Shown in pieces: positions 9,320 through 17,747 of a stretch of DNA of 64,000 nucleotides; positions within the stretch are counted from its first letter, which is position 1; each line of letters opens with the position of its first letter. Below the pieces are notes generated by a model. It ran no database searches, was not told where the DNA came from, and saw nothing but the letters and a program-made list of their open reading frames with translations. Source of the stretch: an uncultured Acidobacteriota bacterium (GTDB lineage: Bacteria; Acidobacteriota; Terriglobia; UBA7540); NCBI GenBank assembly GCA_963804995.1, contig CAWDSK010000002.1, forward strand, positions 256,001-320,000. Direction: 5' to 3'. The position numbers and the translations under genes were made by a program.

Positions 9320-10322
9320 GATCGCGATGCGGCCAGCCTCCGACCGGCGAGACCTATTTAGTGAATCAGCGAGCCAACTCGGGATGAATCCGGTCATCAT
9401 CGAGAAGGATTTCTGGGTGTGCTGGATTCTGAAGAGGCTATTCGCCGACCCTCGCCTGAAAGATCAAATCATCTTCAAGGGTGGAACTACCCTTTCCAAA
9501 GTCTACAGGCTCATCGACCGGTTCTCTGAAGATGTCGATCTGATTCTAGACTGGCGTCTGCTTGGCTATGGTCCACCGCAGGGGGACGATCCCTGCCGGG
9601 ATCTTCCCTCTAAGACACAGCGGAGTCGTTACAACCAGGAGATCAACGCACGGGCTGCCGGGTACATTCGCGATACACTTCTCCCACAACTGAGTTTACT
9701 TCTTGGCACAGTGCCGGAAATCGCCATCTCCATCGATGCAACTGATTCCCACACCGTGAATGTAAGTTATCCAGCCAGCTTTGCTGCTTCCTACATCCGT
9801 CCAGAGGTCCGGCTCGAAATAGGTCCATTAGCCTCCTGGCTTCCCTCAGGCGAACACGCTATTCGACCCTACGCCGCTGAAGTGTTTCCAGACGTATTTG
9901 AGGACGCAAGCTGCCCAGTGGTCGCAATCCACGCAGAGAGGACGTTTTGGGAGAAAGCTACGATTCTCCACCAGGAGGCACATCGCTTGGGGACCATGCC
10001 GGCGCGCCACTCGCGTCACTATTATGACGTTTACAAAATGGCGGGCAGCAAGATAAAGGATGCGGCGTTTTCCGATCTTGCACTACTCCTTGACGTGGTC
10101 GCCTTCAAAGAACTCTTCTACTACTCCTCTTGGGCGCGCTTTGACTTGGCAAAGCCCGGATCCTTCCGGCTGAGCCCCCCGCCCCGCCAGATCACAGCAC
10201 TCCTGCGCGATTACAAAGAAATGCGCGACATGTTTTATCGAGAACCGCCGGAATTCGCAACGATTCTGGCGGTCCTACCGCTCCTTGAAGAAGAAATCAA
10301 CAATCTTGGCAGGCAGCGCTGA
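9312..10322 (+). CDS. abiEii: AbiEii/AbiGii-family nucleotidyltransferase toxin
   Basis: IEKDFWV, FKGGTTLSKVY, RFSEDVDL, ERTFWEK, SRHYYD motifs; GTG start at 9312 with GGAG RBS. Confidence 0.9.
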   Translation: MDKIAMRPASDRRDLFSESASQLGMNPVIIEKDFWVCWILKRLFADPRLKDQIIFKGGTTLSKVYRLIDRFSEDVDLILDWRLLGYGPPQGDDPCRDLPSKTQRSRYNQEINARAAGYIRDTLLPQLSLLLGTVPEIAISIDATDSHTVNVSYPASFAASYIRPEVRLEIGPLASWLPSGEHAIRPYAAEVFPDVFEDASCPVVAIHAERTFWEKATILHQEAHRLGTMPARHSRHYYDVYKMAGSKIKDAAFSDLALLLDVVAFKELFYYSSWARFDLAKPGSFRLSPPPRQITALLRDYKEMRDMFYREPPEFATILAVLPLLEEEINNLGRQR

Positions 10323-10328
10323 GCGGCA

Positions 10329-10369
10329 CGTAACGCGCGGGTCGGACCCAATTCGAGGTCCGCGCTACG
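10329..10369 (-). repeat. GTAG-type REP-like hairpin
   Basis: Minus strand reads GTAGCGCGGACCTCGAATTGGGTCCG; lies just after the abiEii stop. Confidence 0.55.
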
Positions 10370-10549
10370 CTTGCTCCAACGACCGAGATGCGCCAGCCTG
10401 CCCAGTTGACGCAAAGACAACTAATCCGGCAGTGGAAATGCGGTCGCGCGATGGAGGTTCAAACTTTTCCTTCTTTGTGATATATGGATGCAGTCTGGTT
10501 CGACCCATACTGGTCTATCGGTGACCGTTTGATCAGGCAACTCGAATCG

Positions 10550-11602
10550 ATGAAGCTCCTTCGCAAACACGCTTGCTTGATGACGGTGCTCATTTTGGCC
10601 AGCGGCAACTTCACGCTTGTTCTCGGTAATGACAGCGCCGCGTCGACCGCAATCGGTGGAATTCAGTTGCGCCGGGAGGCGAATATCTCCATGGAAAAGG
10701 AGCGCCTAACGATCAGTGAGGCCAAAGTTACAGTTGAGTATGAATTCCTAAACCAGACGGATAAGAACATCACGACCGAAGTCGCCTTTCCAATTCCGCC
10801 TTATGATGTTGCATTCATGGATGCCGGCGGCGTAAGAGATTTCGACAACTTTCGTTTGTGGGTCGAAGGTAAGGAATTGAAGTACAACATTGAAGTCCGA
10901 GCGAAACTACGCGGCAAGAATTACACTGATTTGCTCAAGAGTCTGGGGATTGACATCGCATCATTCGGTCATTTCGATGTAGACCGGGAGGGAGAACCGA
11001 CAGGTCAAATCACCAAGCTTTCCAAGGGACAACGAGATCAGCTATTTCGGTTGGGACTGATCTCTGGACCTGATGCTTCTCCACCGGGAATGCCGGCGTG
11101 GGATGCCGTGAAGACATATTATTGGATGCAGACCTTTCCAGCTCACAAAGTACTGCGTGTTCGTCATGAATACACGCCGAGCTTTGGCTTCAAGGATATG
11201 TCCGCACGCGACCTAGACCCCAAGACGCCGCACCCCAGTGATATCCGCGGTCAAATTGAGAATGCGTGCGTCGATCCATCCTTGCGGAAGGGACTGACGG
11301 ACCAAGCGATTAAGAATTACAAAGCCCCTGAAGAAACGCTAATGGGCATGGTTTGGGTAGACTATATTTTGACGACAGCCAATTCTTGGAAAACTCCAAT
11401 CAAAGACTTCACCTTGGTCATCGACAGGCGAAGAGATTCGAAGCATATTGCTGGAGTGGGGATGGAATACGTTAGCTTGTGTTGGGACGGACCGATCAAA
11501 AAGCTGGATGCCGATCACTTCCTGGTGCACGAAACGAATTTTGTTCCCAAGAAGGAACTCCACGTTGCCTTCTTTTCCTTCCTTGTGCCGCCAGACAAGT
11601 AG
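10550..11602 (+). CDS. Secreted DUF4424-like protein
   Basis: Signal peptide, then NDSAASTAIGGI...ISMEKERLTIS...VEYEFLN...VAFP, YYWMQTFP, YILTTANSW..PIKDFTL, VSLCW. Confidence 0.75.
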   Translation: MKLLRKHACLMTVLILASGNFTLVLGNDSAASTAIGGIQLRREANISMEKERLTISEAKVTVEYEFLNQTDKNITTEVAFPIPPYDVAFMDAGGVRDFDNFRLWVEGKELKYNIEVRAKLRGKNYTDLLKSLGIDIASFGHFDVDREGEPTGQITKLSKGQRDQLFRLGLISGPDASPPGMPAWDAVKTYYWMQTFPAHKVLRVRHEYTPSFGFKDMSARDLDPKTPHPSDIRGQIENACVDPSLRKGLTDQAIKNYKAPEETLMGMVWVDYILTTANSWKTPIKDFTLVIDRRRDSKHIAGVGMEYVSLCWDGPIKKLDADHFLVHETNFVPKKELHVAFFSFLVPPDK

Positions 11603-11614
11603 CCACCCTCCGAC

Positions 11615-11692
11615 GGCCGGCTGGCGCAGAGCGCTCCTCTGCGACTCATCCGCTTCGCTCACTATATCGCAGAGTTTTACTCCGCGCCAGCC
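11615..11692 (+). repeat. ~75-bp double-hairpin repeat, copy C
   Basis: GGCCGGCTGGCGCAGAGCGCTCCTCTGCGACTCATCCGCTTCGCTCACTATATCGCAGAGTTTTACTCCGCGCCAGCC. Confidence 0.9.
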
Positions 11693-11738
11693 AGCCCCTT
11701 TATCCCTTGCTCAGCACTATCCCTTTTAGCTTGTCAGC

Positions 11739-11861
11739 ACCACCCCGGAGTCAGCACCTCCCCGTCGCTCAGCGCGCCACCCCTCCTCATCTGAGGAGGG
11801 GAGTTCTTGAAAAACTCCCCTCCTGATTCAGGAGGGGTGGCGCGCCGAGTGCCGGGGTGGT
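11739..11861. repeat. Long nested palindrome (CCCCTCCT...AGGAGGGG twice) between convergent genes
   Basis: ACCACCCCGG...GCGCGCCACCCCTCCTCATCTGAGGAGGGGAGTT-CTTGAAA-AACTCCCCTCCTGATTCAGGAGGGGTGGCGCGC...CCGGGGTGGT. Confidence 0.85.
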
Positions 11862-11901
11862 TACGATAGAGCGGTTTGCGCCGGGGTGTTCTTCCACCTT
11901 T

Positions 11902-13047
11902 TCACCCCGCTTCGGCGCGGGCGTACTTCAATCCCGCGAGTTCCGGCCGAGAAACCCCGCGGTGCTGAACGAGCACTTTGAAGACTTCGCCCATCCCGAC
12001 CGGAGAGATCAAGCGTTTCAGTTTGAGCCGGGCATCGAGCCTCTCAACTTCACTTTGACCTGCGTCGTAGGCGTCCGCGAACTCGTTAGCCTCGCCCAGG
12101 CCCAGCAGGAATCTCTCCTGCGTGGTGAATCCTGCCAGCTCCAGCCCCGCCGCCTTCCCCGCATCGATCAGGGCGCTGAAGTTCACGTGCGCGGTCAAAT
12201 CGCATTCACCCGGTGTAGAGAAAAACTCCTCTGAGACGGTGTGGACGCGGTACGCCAGCAACGTCCCGCGCGGGCGGTCCGGCGTGTAGAGCCGCTTCGC
12301 GGTGTCCCCGTAATCGACCGTGATCACAAAACCGCGTGCCAGTTTGGCGGCGACGGCGCGCATCCACTCCTGCGCCTGCCGGTTCACCTCCACGCGATGA
12401 CCTTCCTCAAGCTGGTTCGCGTACCGCGCGACGTAGGCCGCGATGGCGGGATCGCTGATGGGGCCAAGCTTCTCGCCCAGGTTGTCGCCTTCAGCGGTTA
12501 CATAGACTTCCTTGAGATGTCCACCCGCGCGCGTGATCACGCTGACCGGAAAGGCGTCCACAAGTTCGTTCGAAAAGAAGCAGCCGGTGGTGGCCTCAAC
12601 TTCTGCAACATTTGCGAGGAGGCGGACCCGCCGCTCCAGGCCCGCGCTGGCCAATCGGGTCGCGATAAGCTGGCGCTGTGGCCGCCCGGGCTCGATGGCG
12701 ACATAGTCGAGCGCCACGGCAAATTCCGGCAGCGCGCGGGTTGTCCAAGTCAGGAAGTCGGTGGCAAAAAGCCCCCGCCCCGTGCCCATTTCGACCCAGG
12801 TGAAGCGCTCGGGCCTTCCCAATGCTTGCCACATCTCCGCCGCCTGCCGCGCCAGGAGTCGCGCAAATATCGGGTGCAGGTCGGAACTGGTGAAGTAATC
12901 GCCGTCCTTCCCGGTGCGCTCCCGCCCCTGGGTGTAGTAACCGAAATCCGGATGATAGAGACACAGCGCCATGTAACGCTCAAAGGTGATGGCGCCCTCG
13001 CGGCGGATAGAGTCGAGAAGCAGTTGTTCGAGAGGTGTTTGGCTCAA
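11902..13047 (-). CDS. SAM-dependent methyltransferase, MidA/NDUFAF7 family
   Basis: ITFERYMALCLYHPDFGYY, GDYFTS, EMGTGRG, SNELVDAFPV, VDYG, DLTAHVNF, MGEVFKVL. Confidence 0.92.
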   Translation of the reverse strand: MSQTPLEQLLLDSIRREGAITFERYMALCLYHPDFGYYTQGRERTGKDGDYFTSSDLHPIFARLLARQAAEMWQALGRPERFTWVEMGTGRGLFATDFLTWTTRALPEFAVALDYVAIEPGRPQRQLIATRLASAGLERRVRLLANVAEVEATTGCFFSNELVDAFPVSVITRAGGHLKEVYVTAEGDNLGEKLGPISDPAIAAYVARYANQLEEGHRVEVNRQAQEWMRAVAAKLARGFVITVDYGDTAKRLYTPDRPRGTLLAYRVHTVSEEFFSTPGECDLTAHVNFSALIDAGKAAGLELAGFTTQERFLLGLGEANEFADAYDAGQSEVERLDARLKLKRLISPVGMGEVFKVLVQHRGVSRPELAGLKYARAEAG

Positions 13048-13065
13048 GGAGAACTCAGGAGTCCC

Positions 13066-13389
13066 TCAGTACCTTGGCACGCGAGGGTCGATCTCTAGCG
13101 ACCAGCGGTCAATGCCCCCGCTCAGGCTGAGCGCCTCAACACCCTGTTGTTTCAGCCACGACGCGACATCGAAGCTGCGCATGCCCGCATGGCAGTAAAC
13201 CACGACCGGCTGGTCTTTGGGAATCTCATCGAGGCGCTGAGGAATCTGGCGCATGGGAATCAGGGTGGCTCCTTCAATGTTTGCCGCCTCGAATTCCCAC
13301 GGCTCGCGACAATCGAGGAGGAGGAATTTCTCTGCGCGCTCCCGCATCTCGTGGACTTTGCGAGGTTCGATGGTGAGTTCGTCGTTCAT
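13066..13389 (-). CDS. Single-domain rhodanese (sulfurtransferase)
   Basis: LLDCREPWE, VVYCHAGMRS, LSGGIDRWS..IDPRVPRY. Confidence 0.92.
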   Translation of the reverse strand: MNDELTIEPRKVHEMRERAEKFLLLDCREPWEFEAANIEGATLIPMRQIPQRLDEIPKDQPVVVYCHAGMRSFDVASWLKQQGVEALSLSGGIDRWSLEIDPRVPRY

Positions 13390-13423
13390 GTTGCACCCCT
13401 GCCTTCCCTATGGCGCAAATGCC

Positions 13424-13528
13424 GTCCGTCGCCAGGCTCATCAGGCGATCGACATCTCCGGCCTCGACGGCGGCAAGCCACTCCGCCTTGACCTTTTCGA
13501 TTTCCTCGGTTTCAGGAGTGGCTGGCAC
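13424..13528 (-). pseudogene. N-terminal remnant of an NTF2-like/DUF4440 protein
   Basis: GTG with GGAG RBS, EEIEKVKAEWLAAVEAGDVDRLMSLATD; resemblance stops after ~35 codons. Confidence 0.5.
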
Positions 13529-14243
13529 GGCGCTCCGCTCCCTGGCGGCATTTGGCTACGAACTGCACAAAGATTTCACGCTGCTCCGCGGATTGGCTGA
13601 CCATTTCCTCCGGATGCCACTGCACCGCCATCAGGAAGGGATAGTTGTCGGCTGATTCCACGGCTTCGACGAAACCGTCTTCAGAGCGCGCCGTCACTTT
13701 CAATCCGCGCCCCAAGCGCTTGACCGCCTGGTGATGCAGGCTGTTGACGCGGCAGGTCCGCGGGACCATCGCCCCCAGAGTCGACTCCGGGTCCGTCACC
13801 AACACCGTGTGGGTCGGCGCCTGGCGCGGCTGGCCCAGGTCCGTCTGCCGATGCTCCAATTGCGGGGCGGCTTCGAGATTCATGTCCTGATAAAGCGTGC
13901 CGCCGAACTTTACGTTGATCATCTGCACGCCACGGCAAATGCCAAGAATAGGGAGGCGGCGCGTCAAAGCCAGATCGAGCAATGCGAATTCGAATTCATC
14001 GCGCGCGGGGTGGTCATGGACACTGTCGTGGTGCTTCGCCTCACCGTAAAGCGAGGGATTCACATCCTCCCCACCCGTGAACAAGATGCCGTCATAGCCC
14101 TCGGCGTGCACGCGGCCGGCGTCCGAAGCCGACACCAGTTCGATTTCATCCGCCTTCACGCCCACCTCGAGGAGCGCCTGAAAATAGGGGGACTCCGGCC
14201 CTCTGGCCTTTTCCTTCTCGGCGACCGATAGGGCAATGCGCAT
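13512..14243 (-). CDS. Gamma-glutamyl-gamma-aminobutyrate hydrolase / peptidase C26 family
   Basis: DGILFTGGEDV, LGICRGVQ, VNSLHHQAV, AVQWHPE; start trimmed to MRIALS. Confidence 0.9.
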   Translation of the reverse strand: MRIALSVAEKEKARGPESPYFQALLEVGVKADEIELVSASDAGRVHAEGYDGILFTGGEDVNPSLYGEAKHHDSVHDHPARDEFEFALLDLALTRRLPILGICRGVQMINVKFGGTLYQDMNLEAAPQLEHRQTDLGQPRQAPTHTVLVTDPESTLGAMVPRTCRVNSLHHQAVKRLGRGLKVTARSEDGFVEAVESADNYPFLMAVQWHPEEMVSQSAEQREIFVQFVAKCRQGAERRASHS

Positions 14244-14517
14244 CTTCCGAACCATCCTTGGCCCGCTGGTTTTGTTCTGTCGCCAATGCTTCTGCGTCAG
14301 TGCCCACTCGAACTTCCCTAATATACCGCATCGACACTGCATCTCAGGAGAGACAAATTGGGGAATGTCCCGATAGGGTGGATTGAATTGCAGAAAGGGG
14401 GTAGACCCGAAGACGGGAAATCTGCACATCCGGCTGGACCAGGGGCGAGGAAATCAGGATCGGCGCCGCGTGTGCCCCACCTCGGTTTTCGCAGCTCAGC
14501 GACTTATTGTCATCAAG

Positions 14518-14632
14518 GTGGGACTGTCCCACTTGTTGCTCTCCGCGGGGCATAGCGCGCAACGTCCCACCAAATTCCCCACCCTCAGGCGTTTTTCGCC
14601 CCCTGAATTTGATTGGCGGATCCGCCGCGCTA
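14518..14632 (+). repeat. ~115-bp dispersed element, copy 1
   Basis: GTGGGACTGTCCCACTTGTTGCTCTCCGCGGGGCATAGCG...CCGCCGCGCTA; reverse-complement homolog at 46679-46792. Confidence 0.85.
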
Positions 14633-14705
14633 CCTTGCTCTTATACTCATCACCCGCGGCGCCGCCAAGTGCACCGGATCGATCATGCGGAGTGCCCGTC
14701 GGTGA

Positions 14706-15173
14706 TCAGGCTGCGGTCTTCAGCGCGCCCTTTGCACGCTGGGAAGCTGCCTGGTGTTCAAACGCCCTGACCGTGAAATAGATCGCCTTGTCGAAGAAGT
14801 TTTCCACCAGCCGGTAGAGTTCCCTCTCCTGATGTAACTCCACGGCGGAATCCATCAGGCCTGCGGAACGAATGTAATCGTACAGATGATTCCGCGTGGA
14901 GATGAGTGCGAACACAATTTCCTCGAGGGGAACCCCTTCCTCGAAACGCCGCTTCGCCAGATCGCTGTAAGTGGCCTCAATCGGCTCCTCCGTCTTATGG
15001 CCGAGCCAATGGCCGAGATTCCGGTAGACGGTGTAGGTACGATAATGCAACTCCTCATAGGTCAATCGATGGTAATGGGGAGTACGAAAATGAGTCTGAA
15101 GCGTGGTGATAACTCCCCGCGTCAGTTCTTCCGCGTGGTCTTCAATCATCTGCACCAAGCGAACCGATAGCAT
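14706..15173 (-). CDS. Conserved helical hypothetical protein (possibly RsbRD-N/globin-like sensor domain)
   Basis: ATG with AGGAGG RBS; MLSVRLVQMIEDHAEELTRG...RRFEEGVPLEEIVFAL...FFDKAIYF. Confidence 0.7.
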   Translation of the reverse strand: MLSVRLVQMIEDHAEELTRGVITTLQTHFRTPHYHRLTYEELHYRTYTVYRNLGHWLGHKTEEPIEATYSDLAKRRFEEGVPLEEIVFALISTRNHLYDYIRSAGLMDSAVELHQERELYRLVENFFDKAIYFTVRAFEHQAASQRAKGALKTAA

Positions 15174-15373
15174 GGGGCGCCTCCTCGCTAACCTGTCTCT
15201 GGTTCGAGAAGTGGAACAATCTCGCGCTGGTTCGTGGCCACCATGAGGGCCTTCTTTTGCGAGGTTCGGGTGGACGAGCTGACCCAAGAGTAGCCCTCGG
15301 AGTGGCGATAGTCAAGCGAGGGGCACGGCAGGGGTGCGCGACATAAATGTAACGCTCTGGGCTGGCTCTTTTT

Positions 15374-15412
15374 TTGTCGCTTATATCCTAACGTATATGA
15401 TACGTTAGGATA
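15374..15412 (+). promoter_or_regulatory. IS promoter (TTGTCG-N16-TATGAT) overlapped by a perfect 13-bp palindrome
   Basis: TATCCTAACGTAT-ATG-ATACGTTAGGATA at 15384-15412, followed by the GAGGAGG RBS. Confidence 0.6.
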
Positions 15413-15426
15413 GAGGAGGCCTTAAC

Positions 15427-15831
15427 ATGCCCCAATCCCTTGACGTCCTGGAGAACCAACGGGCGGAGTTGATCCGCCAGATCGCCCAACTGGGTGACCT
15501 CCGCAGTGGTTCGATCACCAGCATTACCGCCCGCTGCGGCAAGTCCAACTGTCACTGTCATCAGCCCCATCATCCCGGCCACGGCCCTAACTTCCGGCTC
15601 ACTTACAAGGTGCAGGGCCGGACCGTCAGCGAAACCTTCCCCAGCCCTGCCGCCCGGCACCAGGCGGAACGACAGATTGCCGAGTTCCGCAGGTTTCAAC
15701 AACTGCGCCGGGCCTTCGTGGAGGTGAACGAAAAAATCTGCCGTCAGCGCCCCCTCCCCCAGGAGGCCGAAGCGGCGGAGCAGGAAAAAAAACGGCGGAA
15801 GCCATTCAGCGGGAAGTGGCGCGAGAAGTAG
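15427..15831 (+). CDS. IS accessory ORF1 (DUF6788-like, CGKxNCxC...HGP)
   Basis: GDLRSGSIT...RCGKSNCHC...GHGP motif; strong RBS. Confidence 0.8.
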   Translation: MPQSLDVLENQRAELIRQIAQLGDLRSGSITSITARCGKSNCHCHQPHHPGHGPNFRLTYKVQGRTVSETFPSPAARHQAERQIAEFRRFQQLRRAFVEVNEKICRQRPLPQEAEAAEQEKKRRKPFSGKWREK

Positions 15832-17144
15832 AGTCCCTGCTGGCGGTGATCTTTGCTGGGCGGCGCAAGTCCGGGACGCTGGATTTGGAAGCCGTCGAGA
15901 TGGCCACACGCGCGGCCTTGCACCGGGCGGGGGCGGCGGTGCTGGAGGAGTTGCTGGCCGCCCCGGACGAGTGCCCTCGCCAAGTTCCCTGCGGCTGTGG
16001 TCGGGGGGCACCCTACCGCGGCAGGCGTCGGAAGCAACTGCTGACCGTGCTGGGGCGGGTCGAGACCGAGCGTCCCTATTACGTTTGTCCGGCCTGTCAC
16101 CGGGGACAGAGTCCCCGCGATCAGGAACTGGATGTGGAGGGCACGGAATATTCTCCTGGGGTGCGACGGATGATGGCGGTGGTGGGCAGCGAAACCTCCT
16201 TTGCGCTCGGTCGAGAACAACTGCAACTGCTGGCCGGGTTGGAGGTGACCACCAAGGCCGTGGAACGGCAGGCAGAGGCTCTGGGCGCCGAGATTGCTGC
16301 CCAGGAACAAGCCTCAATCCAGCAAGGCCTGCAACGGAACTTGCCGCAGGTGAGGGGACCGGAAATTCCGGTACTCTATGTGGAGATGGATGGGACGGGA
16401 GTACCGGTGGTGAGTTCGGAAACCGAGGGTCGAGCGGGGAAACAGAGCGAGCAAGCGCGCACGCGGGAAGTGAAATTAGGTTGTGTCTTCGCCCAGACGA
16501 CACGGGATGCCCGGGGCCGACCGGCGCGCGAAGAAGGCTCCACCACCTACACGGGAGGCATCGAAACGGCCGAGGTTTTTGGGCGACGCATCTACCTCGA
16601 AGCATATCGTCGGGGCTGGAACCGGGCCCAAAAGAAAGTGGTGATCGGCGATGGTGCTCCTTGGATTTGGAACCTCACCGCCGAGCACTTTCCGGGAGCC
16701 ATTCAGATTGTGGATCTTTATCATGCCCGACAGCACTTATGGGAGCTGTCGGGCCAGCTCTGGCCCACCGACGAGCGCCACCGCCGAAGGTGGACCAGAA
16801 AACGGGAGGAGAAGTTGGAGAGCGGGCGGATCGAATCCCTAGTGCGCGATTTGCGCTCGCTGTTCCCAGCCACGCCCGAAGCCGCCGAACTCTTGCGCCA
16901 CGCGGCAGATTATTTTACCGTCAACGCCCAACGGATGCGCTATCCGACCTTTCGGCGTCAGCATCTGTTCGTAGGTTCCGGGGTCGTCGAAGCCGGCTGC
17001 AAAACCCTCATCGGCACTCGGCTGAAGCGCTCCGGTATGTTCTGGAGGGTCCGCGGGGCCAATGCCATCATCGCCCTTCGCTGCCATCGCTTGAGCGGCA
17101 AATTCGAGGATTACTGGGAGAACCGTCGCCCCCGCGCGGCCTGA
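15816..17144 (+). CDS. ISKra4-family DDE transposase
   Basis: Zn-ribbon CGCG/CPAC, YVEMDGTG, REVKLG, IGDGAPWIW, VDLYHA, GSGVVEAGCK, RLKRSGMFW. Confidence 0.92.
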   Translation: MAREVESLLAVIFAGRRKSGTLDLEAVEMATRAALHRAGAAVLEELLAAPDECPRQVPCGCGRGAPYRGRRRKQLLTVLGRVETERPYYVCPACHRGQSPRDQELDVEGTEYSPGVRRMMAVVGSETSFALGREQLQLLAGLEVTTKAVERQAEALGAEIAAQEQASIQQGLQRNLPQVRGPEIPVLYVEMDGTGVPVVSSETEGRAGKQSEQARTREVKLGCVFAQTTRDARGRPAREEGSTTYTGGIETAEVFGRRIYLEAYRRGWNRAQKKVVIGDGAPWIWNLTAEHFPGAIQIVDLYHARQHLWELSGQLWPTDERHRRRWTRKREEKLESGRIESLVRDLRSLFPATPEAAELLRHAADYFTVNAQRMRYPTFRRQHLFVGSGVVEAGCKTLIGTRLKRSGMFWRVRGANAIIALRCHRLSGKFEDYWENRRPRAA

Positions 17145-17327
17145 CCCACACAGATTTGTCGCACACCCGTTGAAGGGGCCAAGCCAGAATGGTTCAACAG
17201 GCGGCATGGAAAGTCCAAAAGTTCAGAGCGTTGGTTTTCCGACTACGGCCTGTCCAGGTTCTGGCGTGACATGCCTAAGGCGCTCACTGTCCGAGGCATT
17301 TCACCTTCAACCCTCAACCTTAAACCT

Positions 17328-17747
17328 TCAACTGGTCCTTAAATGGTAAAGCATCCAGTACACCGCGACCCCGGTGACGGAGACATAGAGCCACAGGGGC
17401 AGCGTCCAGCGAGCGACACGGCGGTGCAGGTCGAAGCGCTCGCGCCAGGCGCGGTAGAGCGTGGTGAGTACCAGGGGAACGATCGCAACGGCCAGGATCG
17501 TGTGCGAGCCGAGTAGCGTGAGGTAGAAGTTGCGGACGAAGCCATGGCCCGGGAAGCGCGTCACACCGTGGAAGTAGTGGTAGGTCAAGTAGCAAATGAG
17601 AAAGAGAACTGAAGTGGCAAAGGCGGAGAGCATGCAGGCCTTGTGCGCCGGAATGTTCCTGCGTCGAATGAAGTAGAAACCGCAGGCCAGCAGCAAGGCG
17701 CTTGCGGCGTTGAGCGTGGCGTCAACAGCAGGGAGGTAAGGGATCAT
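17328..17747 (-). CDS. DUF420 membrane protein (oxidase-cluster associated)
   Basis: LPAVDATLNA, HKACM, FLICYLTYH, H..LA, HRRVARWTLPLWLYVSVTGV. Confidence 0.9.
   Translation of the reverse strand: MIPYLPAVDATLNAASALLLACGFYFIRRRNIPAHKACMLSAFATSVLFLICYLTYHYFHGVTRFPGHGFVRNFYLTLLGSHTILAVAIVPLVLTTLYRAWRERFDLHRRVARWTLPLWLYVSVTGVAVYWMLYHLRTS

Larger units (their letters stand above)
15332..17168 (+). mobile_element. ISKra4-family insertion sequence (~1.84 kb)
   Basis: Terminal inverted repeats GGGTGCGCGACATAAATGT and ACAGATTTGTCGCACACCC enclosing a small ORF and a transposase. No clear target duplication. Confidence 0.85.

Noticed and set aside
6849..11692. Integron attC array
   Set aside because: The repeats lack RYYYAAC/GTTRRRY core sites and no IntI-like tyrosine recombinase is in the window; they fit REP/REPIN structure better.
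15388..17173. 405-aa and 400-aa alternative-frame ORFs inside the IS
   Set aside because: Pro/Arg/Gly-rich off-frame translations overlapping the transposase.
15321..17178. Target-site duplication around the IS
   Set aside because: The flanks GGGCACGGCAG and GTTGAAGGGG share no convincing direct repeat.
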